Source: an uncultured candidate division Zixibacteria bacterium (lineage in GTDB: Bacteria; Zixibacteria; MSB-5A5; GN15; FEB-12). Taken from it: a stretch of DNA of 64,000 nucleotides. Positions 29,604 through 38,665 of this stretch are shown piece after piece (positions within the stretch are counted from its first letter, which is position 1; every line of letters begins with the position of its first letter). The stretch spans positions 3,520,001 to 3,584,000 of the forward strand of contig OY760907.1 of NCBI GenBank assembly GCA_963664195.1, written 5' to 3'. Both the position numbers and the translations under genes were made by a program. Under the pieces are notes generated by a model. The model was not told the origin of the DNA and did not search any database. It worked only from the letters and a program-made list of their open reading frames with translations.

Positions 29604-29711
29604 TGTGCGAGGGTGGCATTTCTTTCTTTAGAGCACACGGTTAGCGAGAGCCAACCCCTTCCGGGTTCGGCACAACGGAGACCCGGCGGAGACCGTTGTT
29701 GCCGAACCCGG
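29604..29711 (+). ncRNA. Candidate sigma54-dependent structured small RNA, copy 1
   Basis: Starts ~12 nt after the -12 box; GAGAGCCAACCCCTT then stem ccgggttcggcacaacgg/ccgttgttgccgaacccgg; homologous to 34533..34644. Confidence 0.55.
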
Positions 29712-29848
29712 TTGTGGGATTTCGCTAAAAAAGACAAAAAACTATATTGACACCGACGCTACCTGTCAGGCAGCTTGCTTATGCTATCCCACAGATTGGC
29801 ATCTCGCTGTCATCGGGTATTTCGTTCTCCGCCACACTATCGTCCTGA

Positions 29849-30589
29849 GTGAACGACTCGCACTCGTATGGGCTGTCGCCTGCGTGTCGTCGTAACATAT
29901 GGGGAGTCTGGGAAGACATGTTAGTTTCGGACGGATTGAGCATAGCAGGGGCTGTCTATCGAACGGCGATGGAGGTATTCTCCTTTCCAAAGCCGTTTTC
30001 CGGATGTCGGGCCACCCGCGATTGCATCGCGGCACCCTACATTTTGCTTGTCCTTCTGCACCTGACTGCCGCCGCCCTGACCATCTCTCTTGAACTGTCG
30101 GTCGAGACGGATGCGATTCACGCAGAGTTTGGAGGATTCGCTCCTTCCAGATTGTTCGTTGGCACGGTGATTCTTGTCGCCAAGTCGATGCTGATGATAA
30201 ACCCACTGGTTGTGTCGTTCATTGCGCTGCTACTCCTGAGATTGAATATCAGCACCAAACCCCATTATCGTGACATACTGTCGGTCGTGCTAAAAGGCGA
30301 AGTATTATTCGCCGTGGGCGTGTTGTTGACGGCTCCCCTGATCCTGATTACTCAGGACGTCCACTCGTCACTGTCGCTGGGACCGGTGGTCCGTCAACTC
30401 GGATACCCAACATCAGGTGCCTTGTACTTTCTTGCGACGACGCTGAGCGTGTTTTTTGTTCTGGAAATCGTTGTAGTGGCCAGAGGGCTTCGCTCAATCT
30501 TGTCGATTGGAGCAAAAGACGCCCTGGCTGTTTCGATTCTCTCAGTCGGCGGTGTCTCCATAATCATCTTGGGAATAAAGGTTCTCTAG
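29849..30589 (+). CDS. Yip1-like multi-TM membrane protein (start possibly 29918)
   Basis: VFSFPKPF N-terminal motif, ~5 TMs, SLSLG and SVFFVLEIVVVARGL segments resembling bacterial Yip1 proteins. Confidence 0.55.
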   Translation: MNDSHSYGLSPACRRNIWGVWEDMLVSDGLSIAGAVYRTAMEVFSFPKPFSGCRATRDCIAAPYILLVLLHLTAAALTISLELSVETDAIHAEFGGFAPSRLFVGTVILVAKSMLMINPLVVSFIALLLLRLNISTKPHYRDILSVVLKGEVLFAVGVLLTAPLILITQDVHSSLSLGPVVRQLGYPTSGALYFLATTLSVFFVLEIVVVARGLRSILSIGAKDALAVSILSVGGVSIIILGIKVL

Positions 30590-30597
30590 GGGGCTGT

Positions 30598-31206
30598 ATG
30601 ACTGATTCATCGTTCTGGATAGTCACTCGCCGCATTTTCGAGATCGCCGGCATGGTGTTTATAGGCTTGGTATTACCGGCCGTAGTACTCTTTTACGGCT
30701 TTGTCCTGAAGCCGGCCTTTGCCTCGCTGGAAAAACCGAAGACCGAGCTAGAACAGAGTCAGGAACTGACACTGAGTTACACCAGCCTGGATCTCTCACA
30801 CAAATCTATAGTCAGCGTATCACGTTTATATGAGATAATCAGGGACTCTATCGGCGAGCACGACGACTTTGCTGAAGGTCTTCCCGAAGGCTCCGTAAGG
30901 TTTTATCGCCGCGGCGACAGCCTGGCAGCGATACTGCGGTACAATCTTGACTGCGGCTGCCCGGCCGAGAGCGAGAAGTACGATGTCGTGAGCTATTCGG
31001 TTCGCTTTGCCGATAGTATACCTATGGTGCACAGCAGCGTGTACGTAAGGGGATTGAATCATAGCGAATACAACCAGCTTGCAGTTGTTGGAGTGTCTAT
31101 CGAGAAGGACGCTCCAAGCAATGAGGTACCAGATGACAATCTGAGAGCACACGCCGAGGAATCCGCCGGGGTAGAGAACAACAGAAACCGTCGCGAAAGG
31201 AGGTGA
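30598..31206 (+). CDS. Hypothetical single-TM protein
   Basis: 202-aa ORF in apparent operon, N-terminal TM, CGC motif. Confidence 0.6.
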   Translation: MTDSSFWIVTRRIFEIAGMVFIGLVLPAVVLFYGFVLKPAFASLEKPKTELEQSQELTLSYTSLDLSHKSIVSVSRLYEIIRDSIGEHDDFAEGLPEGSVRFYRRGDSLAAILRYNLDCGCPAESEKYDVVSYSVRFADSIPMVHSSVYVRGLNHSEYNQLAVVGVSIEKDAPSNEVPDDNLRAHAEESAGVENNRNRRERR

Positions 31207-31210
31207 AGAA

Positions 31211-31462
31211 TTGACAAATCTCAGAAAGGGATTCGCGGTGTTATGTACGATGATGCTGATTTTCAGCATCACCAGTATCGTCTTCGTGGGCGACAGTTAT
31301 GCCGGCGACCCGGTCGGCGCACCGGGATTACTGGAATACCGGAGCCGATGCGACATCAGCAATTGTGGCACCCAGAACTGCATCATACGAACAATAGCAA
31401 ACTGCATTGGCGGCTACGTAGACCTCTCTTGTAGCAGTCTGGTGTGGGACGTCGGAAGCTGA
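31211..31462 (+). CDS. Small secreted Cys-rich peptide (83 aa)
   Basis: AAAGGAGGTG RBS with TTG start; signal peptide ending SYA; five Cys in the mature part; hairpin 31482-31517 follows. Confidence 0.75.
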   Translation: MTNLRKGFAVLCTMMLIFSITSIVFVGDSYAGDPVGAPGLLEYRSRCDISNCGTQNCIIRTIANCIGGYVDLSCSSLVWDVGS

Positions 31463-31541
31463 CAATAAGAGGCATGTGCCGCCTGGTGAGGAGGGGCTGC
31501 ATGCCTCTCCTCCGGGGGCTCAGTGTGAGGGGACAAGATCA

Positions 31542-32432
31542 ATGCGATACCTGAAGTATAATCCTTGCGCGAGTATCAGTGCGTTGCACGAGCACAAGCG
31601 GGCCTATCAGCCGAATCTACTGAGAGCGATCCTGCTGGTCTCGATCGCGTCAGCTATTGCCGCACTCGGCATCCGATTGCGGGCGCACGAGCCGGAGATC
31701 AGCGAATATGCGGACGCTGAGCAGCAGGCCGACAGGTTTGAGTTCGGTGCTGCGGATCAACCCGGAGTCGATTCTAAATCGACAGGCGGTAACGCAGATT
31801 TCCGTCCGCCAACGTACCGTAATCATGAGGGGTTCGCCGGGTTTACCGGCTATCGCGTTCTGTCACAGGCCACTCTGCCTTTGGTCGAGACGTCGATCAG
31901 CGCCCCCGAGTATTTTGACCTGATCCCGGCCATTGACTTCGCATCGACGCGGATCGGTTCTGTAGACGCCGCACTCCCGATGTACGGCGCCGGTGACGAT
32001 TACGGCGACGGTCTCCCCGGCGCAATGACATTTCTTGACATGAACCTGCCGTCACGAAGCAACGATTGGAGCCTGCCGGGGATCGGTTCGGGTAGGGCGT
32101 TTGATCAGCCTCCGTTGCTAAGACTGAAGCGAATCAAGTATCCGTTGAAAGGGATCTATGTCGATGGTAAAGTAGTGCTCATTGTTTGTGCCGATAGCAC
32201 GGGTTTCATTAGAGACTGTGAGGTCGTATATGAGGAACCCTGGGGCTGTGATTTCGCCCGGGCATTGAAGGACGCACTGTACGCAAGTACCTTCTCTCCC
32301 CCGGTAATAGACGGTGAGAAAGTACCATATCGGTTCGAGATGACCTACGAGTTCTGTTGGCAGTGCCCGAGGCCCTCCGAGATTGCAGTAGTCTCGGGAA
32401 ACTTGATTCTCCGCGGACCGAATACCAGGTAA
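31542..32432 (+). CDS. TonB-like energy transducer, paralog 1
   Basis: N-terminal TM; IKYP..DGKVVL..G.I....VVYEEP.G..FA...DAL....FSPP..DGEKV (TonB_C pattern). Confidence 0.75.
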   Translation: MRYLKYNPCASISALHEHKRAYQPNLLRAILLVSIASAIAALGIRLRAHEPEISEYADAEQQADRFEFGAADQPGVDSKSTGGNADFRPPTYRNHEGFAGFTGYRVLSQATLPLVETSISAPEYFDLIPAIDFASTRIGSVDAALPMYGAGDDYGDGLPGAMTFLDMNLPSRSNDWSLPGIGSGRAFDQPPLLRLKRIKYPLKGIYVDGKVVLIVCADSTGFIRDCEVVYEEPWGCDFARALKDALYASTFSPPVIDGEKVPYRFEMTYEFCWQCPRPSEIAVVSGNLILRGPNTR

Positions 32433-32455
32433 TTGCGTTGTTGGGGGTAGGCAAG

Positions 32456-33376
32456 ATGACCAGACTCGATTACAAAACCTGTTCCACGCTCTGTTTTCTG
32501 CACGAGCACAAGCGGGCCTATCAGCCGAATCTGCTAAGAGCGATCCTGCTGATCTCAATCGCGTCTACGATCGCTGCTATCGGTATCCGACTACTGGTGC
32601 AGGCGCCGGAGATCATCGAGAACGCCGACGCTGAGCAACAAGCCGACGGGTTGGAGTTCGGTGCTGCAGATCAATCGGGGGCCGACACCAAATCGACGGG
32701 TGGATATGTTGATTTCCTCCCGCCGGCGTATCGCGACCACGAAGGATTCGCCGGGTTCGAAGGCTATATGGTTCTGCCTGAATCGCATCCAACCGCAGAA
32801 CTATCAACATTCGACCCCACCGAATACACGAGTATCAGCCCGGATGTAGACTTTGCCGCAGTGCGTATCGGGTCGACAGACGCCACGCTTCCACTCTACG
32901 GCACGGGCGATGACTGCGGCGACGGTCTCCCCGGAGCCATGACATTTCTTGACATGAACCTGCCGAAACGCCACGGAGAACACTGGCGTTTCCCCGGCAT
33001 CGCAAACGGGACCCCGACCGGTGATGGCCGACACGCACCTATCCTGCAATTTGCCAATGTGCGGTATCCTCAAAAGGGCAAGTTCATTGACGGTCGCGTG
33101 ATGATGATTGTCGACGCTGACCGGGCCGGTCGACTAAAAGACATTGAAGTGATCTCCGAGGAACCGTCCGGACACGACTTCGCCGAAGCCGTCAAGGATG
33201 CCCTGGATCGAAGTCTGTACTGGCCGCCCGTGGTAGACGGTGAGAAGGTTCCGTACCGGTTTCAGCTGACCTACGATTTCTGTTGGGCCTGTCGACGTCA
33301 GTCAACAGTCGAGGTTGTTTCGGGCGACATGATCGTGGCCGGGCCTGTCAGGACGTCGTTTCAGACCGAAAGGTGA
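32456..33376 (+). CDS. TonB-like energy transducer, paralog 2
   Basis: Same architecture, high similarity to paralog 1. Confidence 0.75.
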   Translation: MTRLDYKTCSTLCFLHEHKRAYQPNLLRAILLISIASTIAAIGIRLLVQAPEIIENADAEQQADGLEFGAADQSGADTKSTGGYVDFLPPAYRDHEGFAGFEGYMVLPESHPTAELSTFDPTEYTSISPDVDFAAVRIGSTDATLPLYGTGDDCGDGLPGAMTFLDMNLPKRHGEHWRFPGIANGTPTGDGRHAPILQFANVRYPQKGKFIDGRVMMIVDADRAGRLKDIEVISEEPSGHDFAEAVKDALDRSLYWPPVVDGEKVPYRFQLTYDFCWACRRQSTVEVVSGDMIVAGPVRTSFQTER

Positions 33377-33382
33377 ACGACA

Positions 33383-34264
33383 ATGAACGGAACCGAATAC
33401 GCTCCGTGTTCGTGCATCCGCCTTCTCCACGAGCAGAAGAAGGCGTACCAGCCCAATATGCTGAGGGCAATCGCGCTCACAGCTGTTGCGTGTGCGCTCT
33501 TTGCTTTCTGCCTTATGTACTTCACGTCTCCAAACCAGTCTGACATCTTGCAGATGACCGATGCACCAAGCGGAGAACACGGCACCGGAACAACCGCTGC
33601 CAAGGCCAGAGCGGTCGGGCTTGATTTCCGCCCGCCTGAGTATCACGAGCACGAAGGGTTTGCCGGGTTCAGGGGATACAGACTTGTTCCGGCATCGGTA
33701 ACAATACCGCCCGAAACATCCCCGATACCTGTTGAGTACACTCGGGCCAACCCCGACCTCGATTTCGTAGCCACCCGATTCGGCACCATGGACACAACCC
33801 TTCCCCTCTACGGTACGGGCGATGACTACGGCGACGGTCTCCCCGGTGCTCCGTCGTTTCTTGATATGAACCTGCCACCGTCGCATAGTACCGACTGGTC
33901 GTCACCTGGTATCACTTCCGGAAGAGTGAAGCCGTGGAGGTCGGACCGACCGCCGGTGTTTCGGTTTGCAGGGGTAAGCGTTGGGCGAAATTTCCAGGAA
34001 GGAACTGTAGTGATGATTGTCGAGGCCGACAGATACGGCTGGATCGTGAACACCAAAGTCATTTCCGAAGAACCCAAAGGACACGGTCTTGCCAGGGCTC
34101 TCAGCTCCGCCATTTGTAACAGCACCTACTTCCCTCCGATCGTTAACGGCGAGAAGGCTCCTTACAAATTCCAACTCACTTTTCGTTTCTGTCGTGACTG
34201 TCCTCGGAAGCCCACGTTTCGAGTGATATCCGGTGACCTGATCGCACGCATGGCGGAACCCTAA
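33383..34264 (+). CDS. TonB-like energy transducer, paralog 3
   Basis: Same architecture; lacks the YP motif. Confidence 0.7.
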   Translation: MNGTEYAPCSCIRLLHEQKKAYQPNMLRAIALTAVACALFAFCLMYFTSPNQSDILQMTDAPSGEHGTGTTAAKARAVGLDFRPPEYHEHEGFAGFRGYRLVPASVTIPPETSPIPVEYTRANPDLDFVATRFGTMDTTLPLYGTGDDYGDGLPGAPSFLDMNLPPSHSTDWSSPGITSGRVKPWRSDRPPVFRFAGVSVGRNFQEGTVVMIVEADRYGWIVNTKVISEEPKGHGLARALSSAICNSTYFPPIVNGEKAPYKFQLTFRFCRDCPRKPTFRVISGDLIARMAEP

Positions 34265-34308
34265 GCCTCCTTCTTAGCCGCATATGAATAGGTCAGGTTC
34301 GCGAAGCG

Positions 34309-34400
34309 ATTCGTAACAAAACCAGCCAAATTCGTAACAATTACCGCTGAATTCGTAGCTCTAGCCCTCAATTCGTAGTATTTCGCCCACTATTCGTAAA
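34309..34400 (+). repeat. Five ATTCGTA(A/G) boxes at 21/21/20/21-bp spacing
   Basis: TTCG at 34310, 34331, 34352, 34372, 34393. Confidence 0.85.
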
Positions 34401-34505
34401 CGCGGCTTTGTCGACCGATGTGGCGCTGTTGTAGGGCCGACGCATCGCAATCGTAAGTGCCACACAGTTGACAACTTAAACAACCATCTCCCCACGTGAC
34501 AGCTT

Positions 34506-34522
34506 TTGGCACACGACTTGTA
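34506..34522 (+). promoter_or_regulatory. Sigma54 promoter
   Basis: TTGGCACACGACTTGTA. Confidence 0.7.
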
Positions 34523-34532
34523 ATACTTCTTT

Positions 34533-34644
34533 GTGGCGCGTGTGGTGCTTATACTTTCCGCTCACACGCATGGTGAGAGCCTACCCGTTCCGAGGCCCGG
34601 CACGGCGGAGTGTCCGGGAAAAGTCCGTCGTCGCCGGACCTTGG
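34533..34644 (+). ncRNA. Candidate sigma54-dependent structured small RNA, copy 2
   Basis: gcgtgtg/cacacgc stem; GAGAGCCTACCCGTT; stem ccgagg-c-ccggc-acggcgga/tccgtcgt-c-gccgg-a-ccttgg. Confidence 0.55.
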
Positions 34645-34892
34645 ATCGAGTGCAATTTCTGCCCGAGATAGGAGTGCCAATGAGTTGACGGACGAGGAAA
34701 TATGGCGTCCAAACTCATATGTCATGGACTCTGTAGGTTTTTTTACTTGATATTCATGGATAAGGAGATTACGCTATGATAACGGGGAACTTCATGCGAG
34801 TTATTGCAGCATTTCAATAGGCACTACTGAATAATCGACCGCCACAAGTGGTATTATTAGTGAAGCAGGTAATACCACGATTGGAGGATTCT

Positions 34893-35162
34893 ATGCCTGA
34901 TCAAATCGTAATGCTGGCGCTGTTCCTCGTTTTCATGGGGGCTGGCGCGGCTCTCTCGCTCGTGGCCCGACACCATCGCACTGCCGAGTGCCCCGCGGGC
35001 ACTAAGATATGGTCGTTCAACACGCGACACTAGAAACCGATCTGGAAGACGAAGTCCTGGTTCACTCCAAAGGGATATCATCTCAATCTTGCTGCTTTGA
35101 TCCTCTTGGAGCTAGGGCTGGTGCTGTTTCTTGTCACGCTCTTTGTGTCCTGGCCAGCGTAG
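34893..35162 (+). pseudogene. 2-TM small membrane protein interrupted by an in-frame TAG (35031-35033)
   Basis: GGAGG RBS with ATG 34893; the frame continues past TAG as KPIWKTKSWFTPKGYHLNLAALILLELGLVLFLVTLFVSWPA. Confidence 0.6.
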
Positions 35163-35194
35163 GCGAATACCACATCAGATAATCGGAGGAACAA

Positions 35195-35443
35195 ATGGAA
35201 ACAAGAGAAAGACTCAGAGAACAGCGCAAGGCGAGTTGGCGATCCGGTTGGCCCATGGGGGTCGGTTTGGCCCTCGGGCTGATCCTTGAATTCCTGCCGC
35301 GTATCGCTGAAGGTGCCGAGACGGCATTTGTCCAGCATGCGTACTTCCTGATTGCGTTCGGACTCGGTGCAGTCTGCGCCCTGACCGGCGTGTGGCTGAC
35401 CGGTCACGAGATCAGAAAGTCGCGCCAGACCGACGCTGTGTGA
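35195..35443 (+). CDS. Small 2-TM membrane protein
   Basis: GGAGG RBS; two hydrophobic segments. Confidence 0.65.
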   Translation: METRERLREQRKASWRSGWPMGVGLALGLILEFLPRIAEGAETAFVQHAYFLIAFGLGAVCALTGVWLTGHEIRKSRQTDAV

Positions 35444-35626
35444 GCGACTCCTGTTCCTCCGGGATCTTCGCGCACGCACTTTCGTCCTTCAGTAGACTTA
35501 TCGGAGAGGAGCATTGACCTCCTTTCCGGTCGTCCCATTCCCATGTCGGGCAGCGCCGGACATTCGTTCGACGCACCTGGCTGTCATCTGCCGATTTCCA
35601 TCTAAGACACTTTTCCCATTTTTCCA

Positions 35627-35656
35627 TTGACAAAATAGTCAACACGGTCCTATATT
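35627..35656 (+). promoter_or_regulatory. Sigma70-type promoter overlapped by two inverted repeats
   Basis: TTGACA-N18-TATATT; TTGAC-N6-GTCAA and GTCCTAT-N8-ATAGGAC. Confidence 0.5.
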
Positions 35657-36360
35657 TATAAATAGGACGGTTGCTATCGCGCTGTCCGCACATAGGGATT
35701 TGATATGTGGTGGGGACAGCTTTTCTAAAACAGAACATCTTGAAATGAGTTACGTCAGACCGACAAAGGGAGACGTCGGTGGTGCGTCAAAGCCTGTAGT
35801 GGCATGTCGGTCGGAACTCCTGCAGCCACGACAGAACCAGCAGTAAGTCACGCCGAGCCCGTCGAGGTGTCCACGAGCGCCTTCCTAGCTAACTGGCGTC
35901 AAGAAGAAACGATGCATATTTTGAAGGCCCACAATTTCGTTTCCCAAAGGACTGGTCCCACAGGGACGGACGGCATGGTGATAGTAGCAAGGTCCAGGAA
36001 CCTGCTGCTAGTTGTCCGCATCCCAGCCTCGGTTAGTCTCTCAACCCTTCTCGGGTTGAGCGGGCTGCTCGTCAACTTATTCAGCAAGCGATAAGGCACC
36101 GGCCCAAGCAGGCCCTGGGAGCATACGCAGGGCCTGTCTTGTTGCGCTGGGCAGACACAAACCTCTTCTGCGCTACGCAATAGCGTCCAACAACAAACAT
36201 GACCCCGAAAGTCGTGTCCCAATTTCGCTCACCAATGGCAAGTCAGAATGTGGGAGTCTCGCCACCCCGTAACATCGTCAATAAACGACATGATTGATTG
36301 ACGCGCAAGCCAGGTCGCGCTACTCAATGACCAGAGACGTCAGGAATGTCATCGCTACAT

Positions 36361-36400
36361 AAGAAGAAACCCTCACCGTTCAACCGGTAAGGGTTTCTTC
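36361..36400 (-). terminator. Rho-independent terminator after tRNA-Ala
   Basis: gaagaaaccct-caccg..cggta-agggtttcttc. Confidence 0.75.
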
Positions 36401-36405
36401 TAATT

Positions 36406-36481
36406 TGGTGGAGCCAGGGAGGATCGAACTCCCGACCTCTTGACTGCCAGTCAAGCGCTCTCCCAGCTGAGCTATGGCCCC
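36406..36481 (-). tRNA. tRNA-Ala(GGC)
   Basis: GGGGCCATAGCTCAGCTGGGAGAGCGCTTGACTGGCAGTCAAGAGGTCGGGAGTTCGATCCTCCCTGGCTCCACCA: 76-nt cloverleaf, G3:U70 pair, CCA end. Confidence 0.98.
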
Positions 36482-36519
36482 ATTTCGAGCACCAATTATA
36501 ATCGGATTGATCTCCCGTG

Positions 36520-37938
36520 TCAACCCATTTCCGTCGACTTATCGACCACCTGCCGATTGTTCCGAATCAGACAGAAAATCAATCCCATCGCTGCAAAACC
36601 GATGGCTCCGGTTATGACCGTGCGGTAACTCTCGACAAAAATCAGGTTGGCATCTCCCAGCGAGGCGTTCGCGGTTTGCAGATAGGCAAAATACGCCGTT
36701 GAAAGCGCCACTCCGACAGACATCCCAATATTCCGATTAGTGGCCAAAATCCCGGACGCAGTAGCCCGGCGCTCCTGACTCACTGATCCCATTAGGGCCG
36801 ATGAGTTCGGCGTACTGAACAATCCCACTCCCCCGCCCAGAACCACCAGGCAGGTGACAATGTACCAGGTCTCGCTGTCTACTGACAGGTCTGAAAGCAG
36901 CCAAAGCCCAGCCCCCATGATGACCATACCCGTACTCGTCAGGAGTCTGAAACCGATCTTGTCCGATAGCTTCCCCGACAATGGCGCGCCGATGAACATC
37001 ATGATAGGCAGAATGACCAGAAACAGCCCTACCCGCTGAGGCTCAAGATGCTTGATGTTCTCGAGGTAAAACGGAATCAAAATCAGCACTCCCGAAAGCC
37101 CGGCGAAATGCATCAGTTGCGCACCGAGCGAAGCGGAGAACGTGCGGTTTTTGAAAATGTCAAGCCCGATAAGCGACCGCTTCGGATTCATCTCAAGCCA
37201 GAAATACAGACTCAGGAATACCACCGAAACAACTGCAACTCCCCAGACGCGAACATCGGACAACGCGTAATCGTCTATCAGCGACAAGCTGAACACGCAG
37301 CTCACCAGTCCGGTCGACAGACAGACCGCAGCAGGCAGGTGTATGGGGCGGGGTTCTTTCGGGGGCGTAAGCATCTTGAAATACCGCCCGGTCATATACA
37401 GACCAAACAACGCCACCGGAATGTTGATCAGAAAAATGGCATGCCAGGAAGCAAAACCGAGGATGTATCCCCCCAGCGGAGGTCCCGTCATAAACCCGGC
37501 CGATACAATCATCACCATTAATCCAATACCTTTTCCGCGCTCTTCCGGTGGAAACACAGTGGTAATCATGCCCGGCCCCACTGAAGCGAACATAGCTGTG
37601 CCCATCGCCTGAAACACTCTGGACGCGATCAGCATGTAAATGTGGTCGCTCATGGCACAGGCTATCGACCCGAGCAAGAAGAACACAAATCCAAACTTGT
37701 ACGAAAAACTGTATCCTCGACGCTCAGTCCAGGCGCCGAACAATATCAACAGGGAAATCATTGTCAGTGAATACGCCAGCACCACCCAGGCCACAAGGTT
37801 GACAGGCGCTTGCAGATCGGTCGCAATTGAAGGTAGCGCGACGTTTAGAATAGACCCGTCCAGCGTAGCCATGAAGGTCCCGATGGCTCCAACAGTGAAG
37901 AATTTGTACTTATTCTTGTGAATCAGACTTGAATCCAT
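36520..37938 (-). CDS. MFS transporter, DHA2/EmrB-QacA family
   Basis: FMATLDGSILNVALPSIA motif; 14 TMs. Confidence 0.93.
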   Translation of the reverse strand: MDSSLIHKNKYKFFTVGAIGTFMATLDGSILNVALPSIATDLQAPVNLVAWVVLAYSLTMISLLILFGAWTERRGYSFSYKFGFVFFLLGSIACAMSDHIYMLIASRVFQAMGTAMFASVGPGMITTVFPPEERGKGIGLMVMIVSAGFMTGPPLGGYILGFASWHAIFLINIPVALFGLYMTGRYFKMLTPPKEPRPIHLPAAVCLSTGLVSCVFSLSLIDDYALSDVRVWGVAVVSVVFLSLYFWLEMNPKRSLIGLDIFKNRTFSASLGAQLMHFAGLSGVLILIPFYLENIKHLEPQRVGLFLVILPIMMFIGAPLSGKLSDKIGFRLLTSTGMVIMGAGLWLLSDLSVDSETWYIVTCLVVLGGGVGLFSTPNSSALMGSVSQERRATASGILATNRNIGMSVGVALSTAYFAYLQTANASLGDANLIFVESYRTVITGAIGFAAMGLIFCLIRNNRQVVDKSTEMG

Positions 37939-38087
37939 TGGCCGCCATTACGCTAAGTCGTTGCCCAAAAAAAGATTGACAAGATACAGACATAACCATA
38001 ACCTTTAGGCAAATGTCCGTCAACAGGTTTCTGAAGTTTTGACAAACCGGCCCCTTGTCCGTCTTTATTCCGTATGAGCATTAGGGT

Positions 38088-38663
38088 ATGACACAAAATA
38101 TACCCGAGTTGGTCAGGGATTTTGCTCAGGGTGACGATTCGGCCTTTGCCGAGTTGGTCTCACGCTACGAAAAGCGGATATATTACCTCGCCTTTCAGAT
38201 GCTGGGAAATCACCTTGATGCCGATGAAGTAGTACAAGAGAGCTTTGTCCGCGTTTACAAGAAACGAAAGGGACTGACAAATGTAACGAATTTCACCTCG
38301 TTTTTGATTCGGATAGCCACCAACTACTCCATTGATCTGCTGCGCAAGCACCGCGGTCACAGTCAGATTGCTGACGATTCCTCAGCCCTTCCGGGAGAAG
38401 TTCAGGTAGAGTTATCGCGGAAGGTTACGACCCCGGATGATCATTTCAGGAACAAGGTGTTGATGGAGGAGATTCACAAAGCGTTGGGCACGTTGCCACC
38501 TCGACAGAAGATTACAGCTTTACTTCATGACGTCGAAGGATACACCAAAGCGGAGATATCCGATATTCTCGAATGTCCCGAGGCGACGGTCCGCTCGAAT
38601 CTCCATATAGCCCGAAAAAAGCTGAAAAAGATTCTGAAGAAGCGACTCGACAAGAAGGAGTAA
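38088..38663 (+). CDS. ECF RNA polymerase sigma factor
   Basis: DADEVVQESF, RIATNYSID, EISDILECPEATVRSNLHIARK. Confidence 0.95.
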   Translation: MTQNIPELVRDFAQGDDSAFAELVSRYEKRIYYLAFQMLGNHLDADEVVQESFVRVYKKRKGLTNVTNFTSFLIRIATNYSIDLLRKHRGHSQIADDSSALPGEVQVELSRKVTTPDDHFRNKVLMEEIHKALGTLPPRQKITALLHDVEGYTKAEISDILECPEATVRSNLHIARKKLKKILKKRLDKKE

Positions 38664-38665
38664 GA

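Noticed and set aside
29244..29750. Heptad-repeat ORFs over the array (FVT.. on +, xYE.. on -) as RiPP precursors
   Set aside because: By-product of the 21-bp period; the second array has a 20-bp step that breaks the frame, and there is no RBS or modifying enzyme
34776..34820. 14-aa ORF MITGNFMRVIAAFQ with AAGGAG RBS
   Set aside because: Too short to support without conservation or translation data
29000..36481. Integrative island at tRNA-Ala
   Set aside because: No integrase nearby and no duplicated tRNA 3' end seen
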